A stretch of 64,000 nt of DNA from contig OZ024742.1 in assembly GCA_964016885.1 (NCBI GenBank), forward strand, positions 226,982,001-227,046,000. The letters are read 5' to 3'. Below are positions 24,481 to 41,906 of this stretch, one piece after another. The DNA is from Eledone cirrhosa. Taxonomy: Eukaryota. The first letter of the stretch is position 1. Every line of letters starts with the position of its first letter. Under the pieces are notes generated by a model. The model worked only from the letters and a program-made list of their open reading frames with translations. It did no database searches and was not told where the DNA came from. The position numbers were made by a program, and so were the translations under genes.

Positions 24481-25628
24481 ATCATCATCATCATCATCAT
24501 CAACGTTTAATGTCCGTGTTCCACGCTTGCATGGGTTTGGACGGGGGTTTCCCACTCGAGTCAAGAGTGATTATCTTGCTCGCATAGGACTATCTGGCGG
24601 GTTTTCTACAGCTGGATGCCCTTCCTAACACCAACCACATTTACAGTGTGGGGCTGGGAGGTTTTTACCGTGTTGCCTACACGGCCACATTACAGTGTGA
24701 ACTGTGTGTTTTTTTGACGTGACACCTACACGATCTCATTTGTTTCGGCCTGGATGTTGTGGCACCAACATAACTTTACATTGAAAGGGGCGGTGTGGAT
24801 GGGGTGGGGGTGGTGGGATGGGGGGGGTGTATTTTGTTAGAGATGCCTACTGACTGTAGTAGGTTTTACTTTGTATTTAGGTAAGGCGGGTCTTCTCTAT
24901 TACTGAGTACCGCCAAAGGTCTCGGTCCAGTGACATTGTCTTGGTGAGGTGTAAGTGTGTGAGGTCGGAATTTATCAGCTCGTCCCAGGTTTTTCTGGGT
25001 CTGCCTATTCCGTGGCTACCGTCTATCTTTATTGCCCTGCACTTTGTTATACAGCTATCGTCCTTCATGCGCATCACGTGTCCATACCAACGTAGCCTTC
25101 TCTCGAGTAAACAACATCTGATCCCTCTTATTTCTAATTTTTTTTTTCCTTAGTTCGTTTATGCTTTGCCGTTCACGTATATTACTGTTACACATCCAGC
25201 GGAGCATGCAAGCTTCGTTCCTCTCTAGTCTGTGTATATCCTCTGCACACAATGCCCAGGTCTCACTGCCATGCAACATTGCTGTTCGTATGCAGGCATC
25301 GTACAACCTGCCTTTCATTTTTAGGGAGAACCCTTTAGCGGCTAATAGTGGTATAAGCTCTCTGAACTTTTTCCATCCAGTTCTGACTCTAGCTACTGTA
25401 CTTTCAGAGCACCCTCCCCCCACTGCTGATTTTGTCACCCAGGTAACGGAAGCTGTCCACTATTTCTATAGAACCCTCTGCGCAGTTGAAAGAGCTAGTA
25501 TTTTGTGGGCACTTGCTGCTACTTATTGCACCAGAGCACCGGCCACATGTAAAATCTATGTTCTTAGTTAGCTTACCTGTGATCCCACTACATCTTTTAT
25601 GCACCCATACTTTGCATTTGGGACACAA
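24481..25628 (-). mobile_element. RTE LINE family A, 5'-truncated within the PHD finger
   Basis: [12 protein letters not shown]...[19 protein letters not shown], 3' UTR and (CAT)n; two frameshifts. Confidence 0.93.
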
Positions 25629-25640
25629 TATAATTAAACA

Positions 25641-25792
25641 ATAAAGAAACATCCATGAGCTAGGCTGGTCTCACTTGGGGATCCAGCCGGATCAGTTGGA
25701 GACGGTTGCTTCTGACAGGACCCGCTGGAAGGAGTGTTTGAAGACTCTTTCCTCCACGACCTTCTTAGGAATAAGTGGGTGAAGAAGAAGAA
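25641..25792 (+). mobile_element. 3' end of an Expander-like RTE (related ends at 45075-45347 + and 2967-3016 -)
   Basis: IHELGWSHLGIQPDQLETVASDRTRWKECLK followed by ataagtgggtgaagaagaag; the ataagtgggtga terminus recurs at the other sites. Confidence 0.65.
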
Positions 25793-25929
25793 ACAACAAT
25801 GATGCTTTGCTCTTTCATGAGAATGTAGACCAAAAGCCCTGTCATAACCACTTAGAGATAATGCAGAATACAATGGCAGTACCAGTGTGGTAGAACATAC
25901 TCTGGCATTTTCTTTATTTCATTTTTGTT

Positions 25930-26240
25930 GTGACCAGTTTTGTTCTGCAGCTTCTACCCCTTTCTTTACAGCTCTCCTCCATTATTTTTGTAGCTAGTCG
26001 CTGTCCCCTCAGATGTAGTCATAATCAGACCACCTGCTTCATTGGGGTGTCATTTGCTGACATCTTTATAACAGAGTTTTGGGCATCATCTGCAACGCCT
26101 TCTACATTGCAGCTCACTATAAATCACAACCTTGGGGATTCTTGTGTCTTCCATATGAATTCCATATCCAACACAGTGTAGCAGAGACTCCAGCAGGATG
26201 GACTCAACACTAGACATATTCGTGCACAGCAGAATCCCTA
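25930..26240 (-). pseudogene. Old BovB-like RTE C-terminal fragment
   Basis: SVESILL...HMEDTRIPKVVIYSEL...PKLCYKDV motif, decayed. Confidence 0.6.
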
Positions 26241-26256
26241 TGATAAAATATATTAA

Positions 26257-26433
26257 CATCATCATCATCATCATCATCATCATCAACGTTTAACGTCCGT
26301 GTTCCACGCTTGCATGGGTTTGGACGGGGGTTTTCCCACTTGAGGCAAGAGTGATTGTCTTGCTCGCATAGGACTGTCTGGCGGGTTTTCTACAGCTGGA
26401 TGCCCTTCCTAACACCAACCACATTTACAGTGT
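26257..26433 (-). mobile_element. RTE family A extreme 3' end (UTR only)
   Basis: Near-identical to the last ~175 nt of other family A copies. Confidence 0.88.
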
Positions 26434-27369
26434 TTAATCACATTTACATTGTTTAATCCTTTCTTGACCATATATCTAATTAAATACATTGTTTCATTAA
26501 AAAAGAATTTAAAGGGATTACTAAGATTATTTCACTATTAAGATAGTATTTGTAACATGTCAAAAGGTGCCTATATTATGCTGGAAGATATTAACCTAAA
26601 TAAAACCCTTTTAAAATGAGGTTTTGTTTCATTGAACAAGAGACAGTTTTGAGTGATTAAAATACTTCATATACTAACACTAATGTAAATATTTTAAAAA
26701 TACTCCATATATTAAATAGGTTAACATTAACTCAATCAATGTTTGAAATACTCTGTATATTAGATATGTTATCACTAACTTAACATATAATATATGAAGT
26801 ATTTTAAACAATAGTGTACTGGGTGCATTTTGTCATGTTATAAACACCTCCACTTTACAGAGTATATTGAGTGCATTTTTTCATGGCACAAACACTACCA
26901 CTTTACAGAGTGTATTGGGTGTATTTTATAATTCCACCAGTACTAGAGAAATCATGTCCTCAGCAGGGCGTGGAGAGATAGACATGGAAGAATGGAAGGA
27001 TGGTGGTTGAGAGGTGAGAGTATGATGGAAGAGTCTCTGTGGAGGGAGCAATGGTAGTTACTTATTTATTGCTAAGATGCAAGTATTTGAATTTGCAGAC
27101 TCATCCAACCCATACAAACAGACCTGATTTTAGAAACACACATAAGCCAAAAATTATCTTTACAAACAGAATCATCTTCAAGCTGCAGCTAGTGAAGGAA
27201 TTTAAATTGGTGATTAAGTGATTGTAGCTCATTAGTATTTTGATCAGTGCTGGAGTAACGAATAGATGGCTGACTATTTAACAAACTTTTATATTTTGGT
27301 CTTTTGTCTTTTATACATTTGTTTGGTACTTGGCAGAGTATTCCTGATTTACTGGCACTGGAACAAACC

Positions 27370-27550
27370 ATGGTGGCGGCAGTGGTGGCGGTGGTGGTGG
27401 TGGTGGTTGATGATGGTGCTGGCAGTGATAGTGGTGGTTGTGGTTGTGGTGATGGTGCTGGTAGTTGGGGTGGGGGTGGGGTCTGGTACTAATTTCATTT
27501 GGAAAATTTCTCTTTCTGAATAGCAAATGGTGGTGGTGGTGGTGTTGGGT
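27370..27550. repeat. Degenerate (TGG)n repeat
   Basis: Direct reading. Confidence 0.85.
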
Positions 27551-27899
27551 AACAATATGAAGAGGAAAGGTGGGAGTTCATTGAAGGTAGATCATCTAAT
27601 AGTTAGGGTGTGGGATACATAATCATAAGGTTGTGGGTTTGAGTCTTTCACTGGGCAATATGTTGTGTTCTTGTATTGAGTATAATGCTTCATTTCAGAT
27701 TGCCTTTCCATGATATGACTGGGTCTCCTATAATTTAAACACCCAAGAATCTTCCCATGAGATACAACCTCATAGGTCTGCTAAACCTGCATGTGTGTGA
27801 TCTGATGGGGCTCTCTATTATCAAAACACTTAACCACCCTCCATGAAATACCTTGCAGGAGGCCAACTAAACTAATATAGGTGTGAATTGTAACAACAT

Positions 27900-28021
<122 letters not shown>

Positions 28022-29046
28022 CAGTCATAGAATTGGCAACTCCTATCATTAAAACAACCAAGAAACTTCTATCAAGTATTTTACCTGGTAGATCAGCTAA
28101 ACCTGCATAAGTTTGAACTGTAAGAACCTACATGTGTATATGTGTGTGTCATAGAACTAGGGCCCCTTTTCATTAAAACAACCAAGAAACTTCCTATGAG
28201 GTACTTTACTTGGTAGGTCAGCTAAGCCTGCATAGATGTGAAATGTAATTCTTTTTTTTGTCTAGAGTCTGATCTAAACAGGGTGGGGAGAGTTCAAAAC
28301 AGGCATAAGGAGTTGCCAATAAAATATATGATTAAATTAGCTGACAGCTCCTTTCAGAACCTTCTGTGGGGAAAATGTATTTTGTGGAATATCTAATTCC
28401 TTTTATTTTATGTTTGCTCTCTCTTCACTCTGTAGATATTCACAAAGATAGAAAGAAGTGGAATAAACAAGCAAAAATTAAGCAAACTACATCTTTATTT
28501 ATATCTTGTGTGTGTTGGTTAGGGGTACAAATGTTACCATTTCCTTCCACTACTATCTATATTTATTCATTTGTATGTATGTGTTGGTCACAGGATATAT
28601 ATTTGACCATTTCTCTTAAGTTCCATCTATATTTAACTATTTGGCTAAATTCCCTTCTTACTGTCAGCCAAAATTAAGAATGGCTCCTCTACATTTTAGC
28701 AAATGGAGACGACTTAGAATAAATAACCTGCTAATTCATATAGGCTTTCCCATCGTCTCTTCCATCTGTCTCGTTGACTGCTACTGCAATGGTCTCTGCT
28801 CCTCTACATATCAATACTTTACAAAACGTTAACAGTGATATTTGTTTATGTCCTACATAAACAATACATGCTATAGATGTTCTACAGACATACCTCCACC
28901 AAATTGGGAAGAGTGCATCTCACCAGAGGAAGGAGCCCCATGAGATGGAATGGCAGATGCAGTGTATATTAATGGATGTTCTCTGCAGCAATGCTTTCAC
29001 CATTTTATCCAATGTGGGGTTCAACCAAAGGTGTAGAGTTTACATA

Positions 29047-29218
<172 letters not shown>

Positions 29219-29225
29219 CACACAT

Positions 29226-29558
29226 GGAGACACATGGCTTAGTGGTTAGAGCATTAACCTTGCAATCGAAAGGTTGTGAGTTCAATTCTCAGACTGGGTG
29301 ATGTGTTGTTTCCTTGAGCAAGACACTTTATTTCACATTGCTCCAGTTCACTCAGCTGTAGGAATGAGATGATAGGACTGGGGTCCATATCATTCCACTG
29401 CAAAGTGGTTGTGGAGGTGACACGGCAAAAAAAGCACCCAGCACTCACTGTAAATGAGGTTGGTGTTAGGAAGGGCATCCAGCTGTAGAAATCAAGCTAG
29501 AATCAGTTCCCGTCCCACCCTTGCAAGCAGGGAAAAGTGGGCGTAAAATTAAATGATG

Positions 29559-29560
<2 letters not shown>
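29226..29560 (+). mobile_element. SINE1: tRNA-derived SINE with RTE family B 3' tail
   Basis: A-box-like tggcttagtggtt, anticodon-like loop ttGCAat, B-box gagttcaattc; core ggttggtgttaggaagggcatccagctgtagaaa; tail cccgtcccacccttgcaagcagggaaaag..g.cgtaaaat(gat)n matches 59585-59646. Confidence 0.9.
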
Positions 29561-29605
<45 letters not shown>

Positions 29606-29745
29606 CAGGGAGAGTGTGAGAGAGAGAGATAGATATATATAGATATATATATATATATATATATATATTAGATATAGATATATATATATGTATATATATA
29701 TATATATGTAGATATATATATATATGTAGATATATATATATATGT

Positions 29746-29788
<43 letters not shown>

Positions 29789-29955
29789 GATATATATATA
29801 TATATGTAGATATATATATATATATATGTAGATATATATGTAGATATATATATATATATGTAGATATATATATATAAATATATATATGTAGATATATATA
29901 TATAAATATATATATGTAGATATATATATAGATATATATATATATATATATCTAC

Positions 29956-30013
<58 letters not shown>

Positions 30014-30099
30014 ATATGTAGATATATATATAGATATATATATATAGATATATATATAGATATATATATAGATATATATATAGATATATATATATATGT

Positions 30100-30148
<49 letters not shown>

Positions 30149-30151
30149 GAT
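29561..30151. repeat. (TA)n/TAGA microsatellite
   Basis: Direct reading. Confidence 0.95.
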
Positions 30152-31405
30152 ATCATCATCATCATCAACGTTTAACGTCCATGTTCCACGCTTGCATGGG
30201 TTTGGACGGGGGTAGTCCCACTTGAGGCAAGAGTGATTGTCTTGCTCGCATAGGACTGTCTGGCAGGTTTACTACAGTTGGATGCCCTTCCTAACACCAA
30301 AACACCAACCACATTTACAGTGTGGGGCTGTGTGTTTTTTTGTCGTGACACCTACACGATCTCATTTGTTTCGGCCTGGATGGTGTGGCACCAATACAAC
30401 TTTACATAGAACTGGGTGGCGTGGATGGGTTGGGGGTGGTGGGACGGGGGGGGGGGGGTATTTTGTTAGAGATGCCTACTGGCTGTAGTAGGTTTTACTA
30501 TGTATTTAGGTAAGGCGGGTCTTCTCTGTTACTGAGTACCGCCAAAGGTCTCGGTCCAGTGACATTGTCTTGGAGAGGTGTAAGTGTGTGAGGTCGGAGT
30601 TTATCAGCTCGTCCCAGGTTTTTCTAGGTCTGCCTATTCCGTGGCTACCGTCTATCTTTATTGCCCTGCACTTTGTTATACAGCTATCGACTTTCATGCG
30701 CATCACGTGTCCATACCAACGTAGCCTTCTCTCGAATAAACAACATCTGATCCCTCTTATTTCTAATTTTTTCCTTAGTTCGTTTATGCTTTGCCGTTCA
30801 CGTATATTACTGTTACACATCCAGCGGAGCATGCAAGCTTCGTTCCTCTCTAGTCTGCGTATATCCTCTGCACACAATGCCCAGGTCTCACTGCCATGCA
30901 ACATTGCTGTTCGTATGCAGGCATCGTACAACCTGCCTTTCATTTTTAGGGAGAACCCTTTAGCAGCTAATAGTGGTATAAGCTCTCTGAACTTTTTCCA
31001 ACCAGTTCTGACTCTAGCTACTGTACTTTCAGAGCACCCTCCCCCACTGCTGATTTTATCACCCAGGTAACGGAAACTGTCCACTATTTCTATAGAACCC
31101 TCTGCGCAATTGAAAGAGCTAGTATTTTGTGGGCACTTGCTGCTACTTATTGTACCTGAGCACCGGCCACATGTAAAATCTATGTTCTTAGTTAGCTTAC
31201 CTGTGATCCCACTACATCTTTTATGCACCCATACTTTGCATTTAGGACATAAAATGGAGTTTCTACCTACGCCTTTCCTACACACCGAGCACGACCATTT
31301 CCCAGAAGGGACCGCCGCCTTATTTTCTTTCCTACAAACTAGAACTTTAGTCTTAGCCAGGTTAATTTTAAGGCCTTTTGATTCTAGGCCGTGCTTCCAT
31401 GTTTG
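30152..31405 (-). mobile_element. RTE LINE family A, open frame running into the assembly gap
   Basis: Uninterrupted frame [11 protein letters not shown]...PHD...EKTRLT* (30506-31405); UTR with a small deletion; (CAT)n tail. Confidence 0.94.
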
Positions 31406-31605
31406 NNNNNNNNNNNNNNNNNNNNNNNNNNNNNNNNNNNNNNNNNNNNNNNNNNNNNNNNNNNNNNNNNNNNNNNNNNNNNNNNNNNNNNNNNNNNNNN
31501 NNNNNNNNNNNNNNNNNNNNNNNNNNNNNNNNNNNNNNNNNNNNNNNNNNNNNNNNNNNNNNNNNNNNNNNNNNNNNNNNNNNNNNNNNNNNNNNNNNNN
31601 NNNNN
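31406..31605. other. Assembly gap (200 N)
   Basis: Run of n. Confidence 0.99.
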
Positions 31606-31789
31606 CCACTTTGCAGTGGAATGATAGGGACCCCAGTCCCTATCATCTCATTTCTACAGCTGAGTAAACTGGAGCAATGTGAAATAAAGTGTCTTGCTCA
31701 AGGAAACAACACATCACCCGGTCTGAGAATTGAACTCACAACCTTTCGATTGCAAGGCCAATGCTCTAACCACTAAGCCATGTGCCTCC
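31606..31789 (-). mobile_element. SINE1 5' half (remainder in the gap)
   Basis: Reverse complement of 29226-29410. Confidence 0.9.
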
Positions 31790-35750
<3,961 letters not shown>

Positions 35751-35920
35751 ATCATCATCATCATCATCATCATCAACGTTTAACGTCCGTGTTCCATGCT
35801 TGCATGAGTTTGGACGGGGGTAGTCCCACTTGAGGCAAGAGTTATTGTCTTGCTCGCATAGGACTGTCTGGCGGGTTTTCTACAGTTGGATGCCCTTCCT
35901 AACACCAACCACATTTACAG
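35751..35920 (-). mobile_element. RTE family A extreme 3' end
   Basis: (CAT)n plus the last ~145 nt of the family A UTR. Confidence 0.88.
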
Positions 35921-35940
35921 ATATATATACATATATCTAC

Positions 35941-35974
<34 letters not shown>

Positions 35975-36462
35975 GTAGATATATGTATATATATATATAT
36001 ATGTAGATATATGTATATATATATGTAGATATATGTATATATATATGTAGATATATGTATATATATATGTAGATATATATATGTAGATATATGTATATAT
36101 ATATATATATGTAGATATATGTATATATATATATATATATGTAGATATATGTATATATATATGTAGATATATGTATATATATATATGTAGATATGTATAT
36201 ATATATATGTATATATATACATATATATACATATATATACATATATATACATATATCTATATATACATATATATATATACATATATATACATATATCTAT
36301 ATATACATATATATATCTACATATACATATATCTATATATATATACATATATATACATATATCTATATATACATATATATATCTACATATACATATATCT
36401 ATATATATATATATATATATATATATCTACATATATATATATCTACATATATATATATCTAC

Positions 36463-36519
<57 letters not shown>

Positions 36520-36540
36520 GATATATGTATATATAGATAT

Positions 36541-38306
36541 ATAGCGCAACTAATCAGAGAGAGAATTGACCTAGATGAAATGCAGTTCGGGTTTGTGTCA
36601 GGCAAAAGTACCACAGACGCTCTTTTCATAGTACGACAACTACAGGAGAAGTACCTAGCTAAAGGTAACCCCCTCTACTTAGCTTTTGTCGACTTGGAGA
36701 AAGCCTTCGACAGAGTCCCCCGCTCCATTATCTGGTGGGCTCTTAGAAAACTAGGCGTTGACGAATGGCTTGTGAGGGCTATACAAGCCATGTATAAAGA
36801 AACAGTCAGCAAGGTTAGAATTAACAACGAATATAGTGAAGAGTTTAGCGTAAAAGTTGGCGTCCATCAGGGCTCTGTTCTCAGCCCACTATTATTTATT
36901 ATTGCCCTTCAGGCTATAACAGAGGAGTTCAAGACAGGCTGCCCATGGGAACTCCTATACGCAGACGACCTGACACTCATAGCGGAATCAATGGCCGAGC
37001 TAGAGAAGAAATTCCAAACATGGAAGCACGGCCTAGAGTCAAAAGGACTTAAAATTAACCTGGCTAAGACCAAAGTACTAGTTTGTAGGAAAGAAAACAA
37101 GGCGGCGGTCCCTTCTGGGAAATGGTCGTGCTCGGTGTGTAGGAAAGGCGTAGGTAGAAACTCCATTTTATGTCCTAAATGCAAAGTATGGGTGCATAAA
37201 AGATGTAGTGGGATCACAGGTAAGCTAACTAAGAACATAGATTTTACATGTGGCCGGTGCTCTGGTGCAATAAGTAGCAGCAAGTGCCCACAAAATACTA
37301 GCTCTTTCAATTGCGCAGAGGGTTCTATAGAAATAGTGGACAGCTTCCGTTACCTGGGCGATAAAATCAGCAGTGGGGGAGGGTGCTCTGAAAGTACTGT
37401 AGCTAGAGTCAGAACTGGTTGGAAAAAGTTCAGAGAGCTTATACCACTATTAGCTGCTAAAGGGTTCTCACTAAAAATGAAAGGCAGGTTGTACGATGCC
37501 TGCATACGAACAGCAATGCTGCATGGCAGTGAGACCTGGGCATTGTGTGCAGAGGATATACGCAGACTAGAGAGGAACGAAGCTTGCATGCTCCGCTGGA
37601 TGTGTAACAGTAATATACGTGAACGGCAAAGCATAAACGAACTAAGGAAAAAATTAGAGATAAGAGGGATCAGATGTTGTTTACTCGAGAGAAGGCTACG
37701 TTGGTATGGACACGTGATGCGCATGAAAGTCGACAGCTGTATAACAAAGTGCAGGGCAATAAAGATAGACGGTAGTCACGGAATAGTCAGACCTAGAAAA
37801 ACCTGGGACGAGCTGATAAACTCCGACATCACACACTTACACCTCTCCAAGACAATGTCACTGGACCGAGACCTTTGGCGGTACTCAGTAACAGAGAAGA
37901 CCCGCCTTACCTAAATATATAGTAAAACCTACTCCAGCCAGTAGGCATCTCTAACAAAATACACCCCGTCCCACCACCCCCACCCCATCCACCCCGTTCT
38001 ATGTAAAGTTATGTTGGTGCCGCGCCATCGAGGCCGAAACAAATGAGATCGTGTAGGTGTCACAACAAAAAAACACACAGTCCACGCTGTAATGTGGCCG
38101 TGTAGGCAACACGGTAAAAACCTCCCACACCCACACTGTAAATGTGGTTGGTGTTAGGAAGGGCATCCAACTGTAGAAAACCTGCCAGACAGTCCTATGC
38201 GAGCAAGACAATCACTCTTGCCTCAAGTGGGACTACCCCCGTCCAAACCCATGCAAGCGTGGAACACGGACGTTAAACGTTGATGATGATGATGATGATG
38301 ATGATG
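36541..38306 (+). mobile_element. RTE LINE family A, 5'-truncated, intact frame 36541-37914 (RT, PHD, C-terminus)
   Basis: [48 protein letters not shown] and RRLRWYGHV motifs; 3' UTR and (TGA)n tail; flanked by TA-rich repeats. Confidence 0.96.
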
Positions 38307-38542
38307 TATATATATGTATATATAGATATATGTATATATAGATATATATATATGTATATATATATATATGTATATAGATGTAGATATATAGATATATGTA
38401 TATATATATATGTATATAGATGTAGATATATGTATATATATATATGTATGTAGATGTAGATATATAGATATATGTATATATATATATGTATATAGATATA
38501 TGTATATATATATATGTATATAGATATATGTATATATATATC

Positions 38543-38884
38543 AGGCACATGGCTTAGTGGTTAGAACATTGGCCTTGCAATCGAAAGGTTGTGAGTTCAA
38601 TTCTCAGACCGGGTGATGTGTTGTTTCCTTGAGCAAGACACTTTATTTCACATTGCTCCAGTTTACTCAGCTGTAGAAATGAGATGATAGGGACTGGGGG
38701 TCCATATCATTCCACTGCAAAGTGGTCGTGGAGGTGCCACGGCAAAAAAGCACCCAGCACTCACTGTAAATGAGGTTGGTGTTAGGAAGGGCATCCAGCT
38801 GTAGAAATCAAGCCAGAATCAGTTCCCGTCCCACCCTTGCAAGCAGGGAAAGGTGGACGTAAAAATGATGATGATGATGATGAT
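38543..38884 (+). mobile_element. SINE1 full-length
   Basis: Same structure as 29226-29560; (TA)n on both sides. Confidence 0.92.
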
Positions 38885-39033
38885 ATATATGTATATATAT
38901 ATATGTATATCTATATATATATATATATATATATGTAGATATATATATGTATATATATAGATATATGTATATCTATATATATATATATATATGTATAGAT
39001 ATATGTATATATATATATATGTATAGATATATG

Positions 39034-39066
<33 letters not shown>

Positions 39067-39155
39067 GTATATCTATATATATATATGTATATGTATATAT
39101 ATATATATGTATATGTATATATATATATAGATATATGTATATATATATAGAGAGA

Positions 39156-39187
<32 letters not shown>

Positions 39188-39270
39188 CACTATAAATATA
39201 GAGTTATAAACTCAAACAGTCTTTTACAATTAAATAGCTCAAAGAAAGAAATATTTCTGAGCCGTGAAAT

Positions 39271-39696
39271 ACAAGTTAATATAAATTAATATATATATGA
39301 TAAACACTAATACAATCATATAAGTGTTTGTATTGTAAATGACCAAGTTAGCTAGACTGAAAAATACTAATTATATTAATACAGTTTGCCTGTCTCGATT
39401 TAAAATAATAAATCAATAAAAACAAACGCACTTTTTCAATTATCGAAACTTATTTGGATTTTGAAGTTTAAACTTATCTACGGAACAAGTTTGGATTTTG
39501 AAATTTAAATTTGTCCAAGTACCACGGCTATTGCCAATATGGGTTTGTTTTTATTGATTTATTATTTTAAATCGAGACAGGCAAACTGTATTAATATAAT
39601 TAGTATTTTTCAATCTAGCTAACTTGGTCATTTACAATACAAACACTTATATGATTGTATTAGTGTTTATCACATATATATTAATTTATATTAACT

Positions 39697-39699
<3 letters not shown>
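39271..39699. repeat. Long inverted repeat: 157-bp arms (39271-39427 and 39543-39699), 115-bp spacer
   Basis: The arms are reverse complements with two mismatches by eye. Confidence 0.92.
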
Positions 39700-39743
<44 letters not shown>

Positions 39744-39876
39744 CGAAGGAAATGTGGTAAGGAACCAGGTGGACCATAACGCACCAAAGTAATCAATACT
39801 TAGGGTAGTAGAGTGGGTAATATGAACGAGTAGGACCCCGACGGCTGAGCTAGTCCAGAATTAGGCTACTCGTTCC

Positions 39877-39959
<83 letters not shown>

Positions 39960-40243
39960 GTATATATATATATATACGTATATAGATAGATATACGTATA
40001 TAGATAGATATACGTATATAGATAGATATACGTATATAGATAGATATACGTATATAGATAGATATATGTATATAGATAGATATATATGTATATAGATAGA
40101 TATATATGTATATAGATAGATATATATATATATAGATATATATATGTATATAGATAGATATATATATGTATATAGATATATATATATATATATGTATATA
40201 GATAGATATATATGTATATATATATATATATAGATAGATATAT

Positions 40244-41287
40244 TCATTCATTCATTCATCATCAGGTTTAGCGTCCGTGTTCCACGCTTGCGTGGGTTTG
40301 GACGGGGGTTTTCCCACTTGAAGCAAGAGTGGTTGTCTTCCTCGCATAGGACTGTCTGGCGGGTTTTCTACAGCTGGATGCCCTTCCTTACACCAACCAC
40401 ATTTACAGTGTGGGGCTGGGAGGTTTTTACCGTGTTGCCTACACGGCCACATTTACAGCGTGGACTGTGTGTTTTTTTGTCGTGACACCTACACGATCTC
40501 ATTTGTTTCGGCCTGGATGTCGTATATCCTCTGCACACAATGCCCAGGTCTCACTGCCATGCAACATTGCTGTTCGTATGCAGGCATCGTACAACCTGCC
40601 TTTCATTTTTAGGGAGAACCCTTTAGCGGCTAATAGTGGTATAAGCTCTCTGAACTTTTTCCACCCAGTTCTGACTCTAGCTACTGTACTTTCAGAGCAC
40701 CCTCCCCCACTGCTGATTTTGTCACCCAGGTAACGGAAGCTGTCCACTATTTCTATAGAACCCTCTGCGCAGTTGAAAGAGCTAGTATTTTGTGGGCACT
40801 TGCTGCTACTTATTGCTCCAGAACACCGGCCACATGTAAAATCTATGTTCTTAGTTAGCTTACCTGTGATCCCACTACATCTTTTATGAACCCAAACTTT
40901 GCATTTGGGACACAAAATGGAATTTCTACCTACGCCTTTCCTACACTCTGCGCATGGCCACTTCCCGGAGGGGACCGCCGCCTTATTTTCTTTCTTACAA
41001 ACTAGAACTTTAGTCTTAGCCAGGTTAATTTTAAGGCCTTTTGATTCTAGGCCGTGCTTCCATGTTTGGAATTTCTTCTCTAGCTCGGCCATTGATTCAG
41101 CTATGAGCGTTAGATCATCTGCGTATAGGAGTTCCCATGGGCAGCCGGTCTTGAACTCCACTGTTATAGCCTGGAGGGCAATAATAAATAGTAGGGGGCT
41201 AAGAACAGAGCCCTGATGAACACCAACTTTTACACTAAACTCTTCACTATATTCGTTGTTAATTCTAACCTTGCTGACTGTTTCTTT

Positions 41288-41292
<5 letters not shown>
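40244..41292 (-). mobile_element. RTE LINE family A, 5'-truncated and internally deleted
   Basis: MYKETVSKV...YADD...PHD...AEDIR is fused at ~40520 to mid-UTR; the tail changes from (TGA)n to (TGAA)n. Confidence 0.92.
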
Positions 41293-41367
<75 letters not shown>

Positions 41368-41374
41368 GTATATA

Positions 41375-41417
<43 letters not shown>

Positions 41418-41418
41418 G

Positions 41419-41571
<153 letters not shown>

Positions 41572-41906
41572 GGAGGCTCATGGCTTAGTGGTTAGAGCAT
41601 TGGCCTTGCAATCAAAAGGTTGTGAGTTCAATTCTCGGACCGGGTGATGTGTTGTTTCCTTGAGCAAGACACTTTATTTCCCATTGCTCCAGTTTACTCA
41701 GGTGTAGAAATGAGATGATAAGGACTGGGGTCCATATCATTTCACTGCAAAGTGGTCGTGGAGGTGCCACAGCAAAAAAGCACCCAGCACTCACTGTAAA
41801 TGAGATTGGTGTTAGGAAGAGCATCCAGCTGTAGAAATCAAGCCAGAATCAGTTCCCGTCCCACCCTTGCAAGCAGGGAAAAGCGGACGTAAAATGAAAT
41901 GATGAT
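41572..41906 (+). mobile_element. SINE1 full-length
   Basis: Same structure as 29226-29560; (TA)n on both sides. Confidence 0.92.

Noticed and set aside
29226-29300. tRNA-Cys gene
   Set aside because: The acceptor and anticodon stems do not close properly and the sequence continues into a SINE body in every copy.
30506-31776. ORFs spanning the N run, and an apparent LINE-SINE fusion
   Set aside because: Continuity across the assembly gap cannot be established.
36193-36540. Apparent N-terminal YI-rich domain fused to RT (also 41293-41581 and 56758-56787)
   Set aside because: In-frame read-through from flanking microsatellite into 5'-truncated LINEs; not element sequence.
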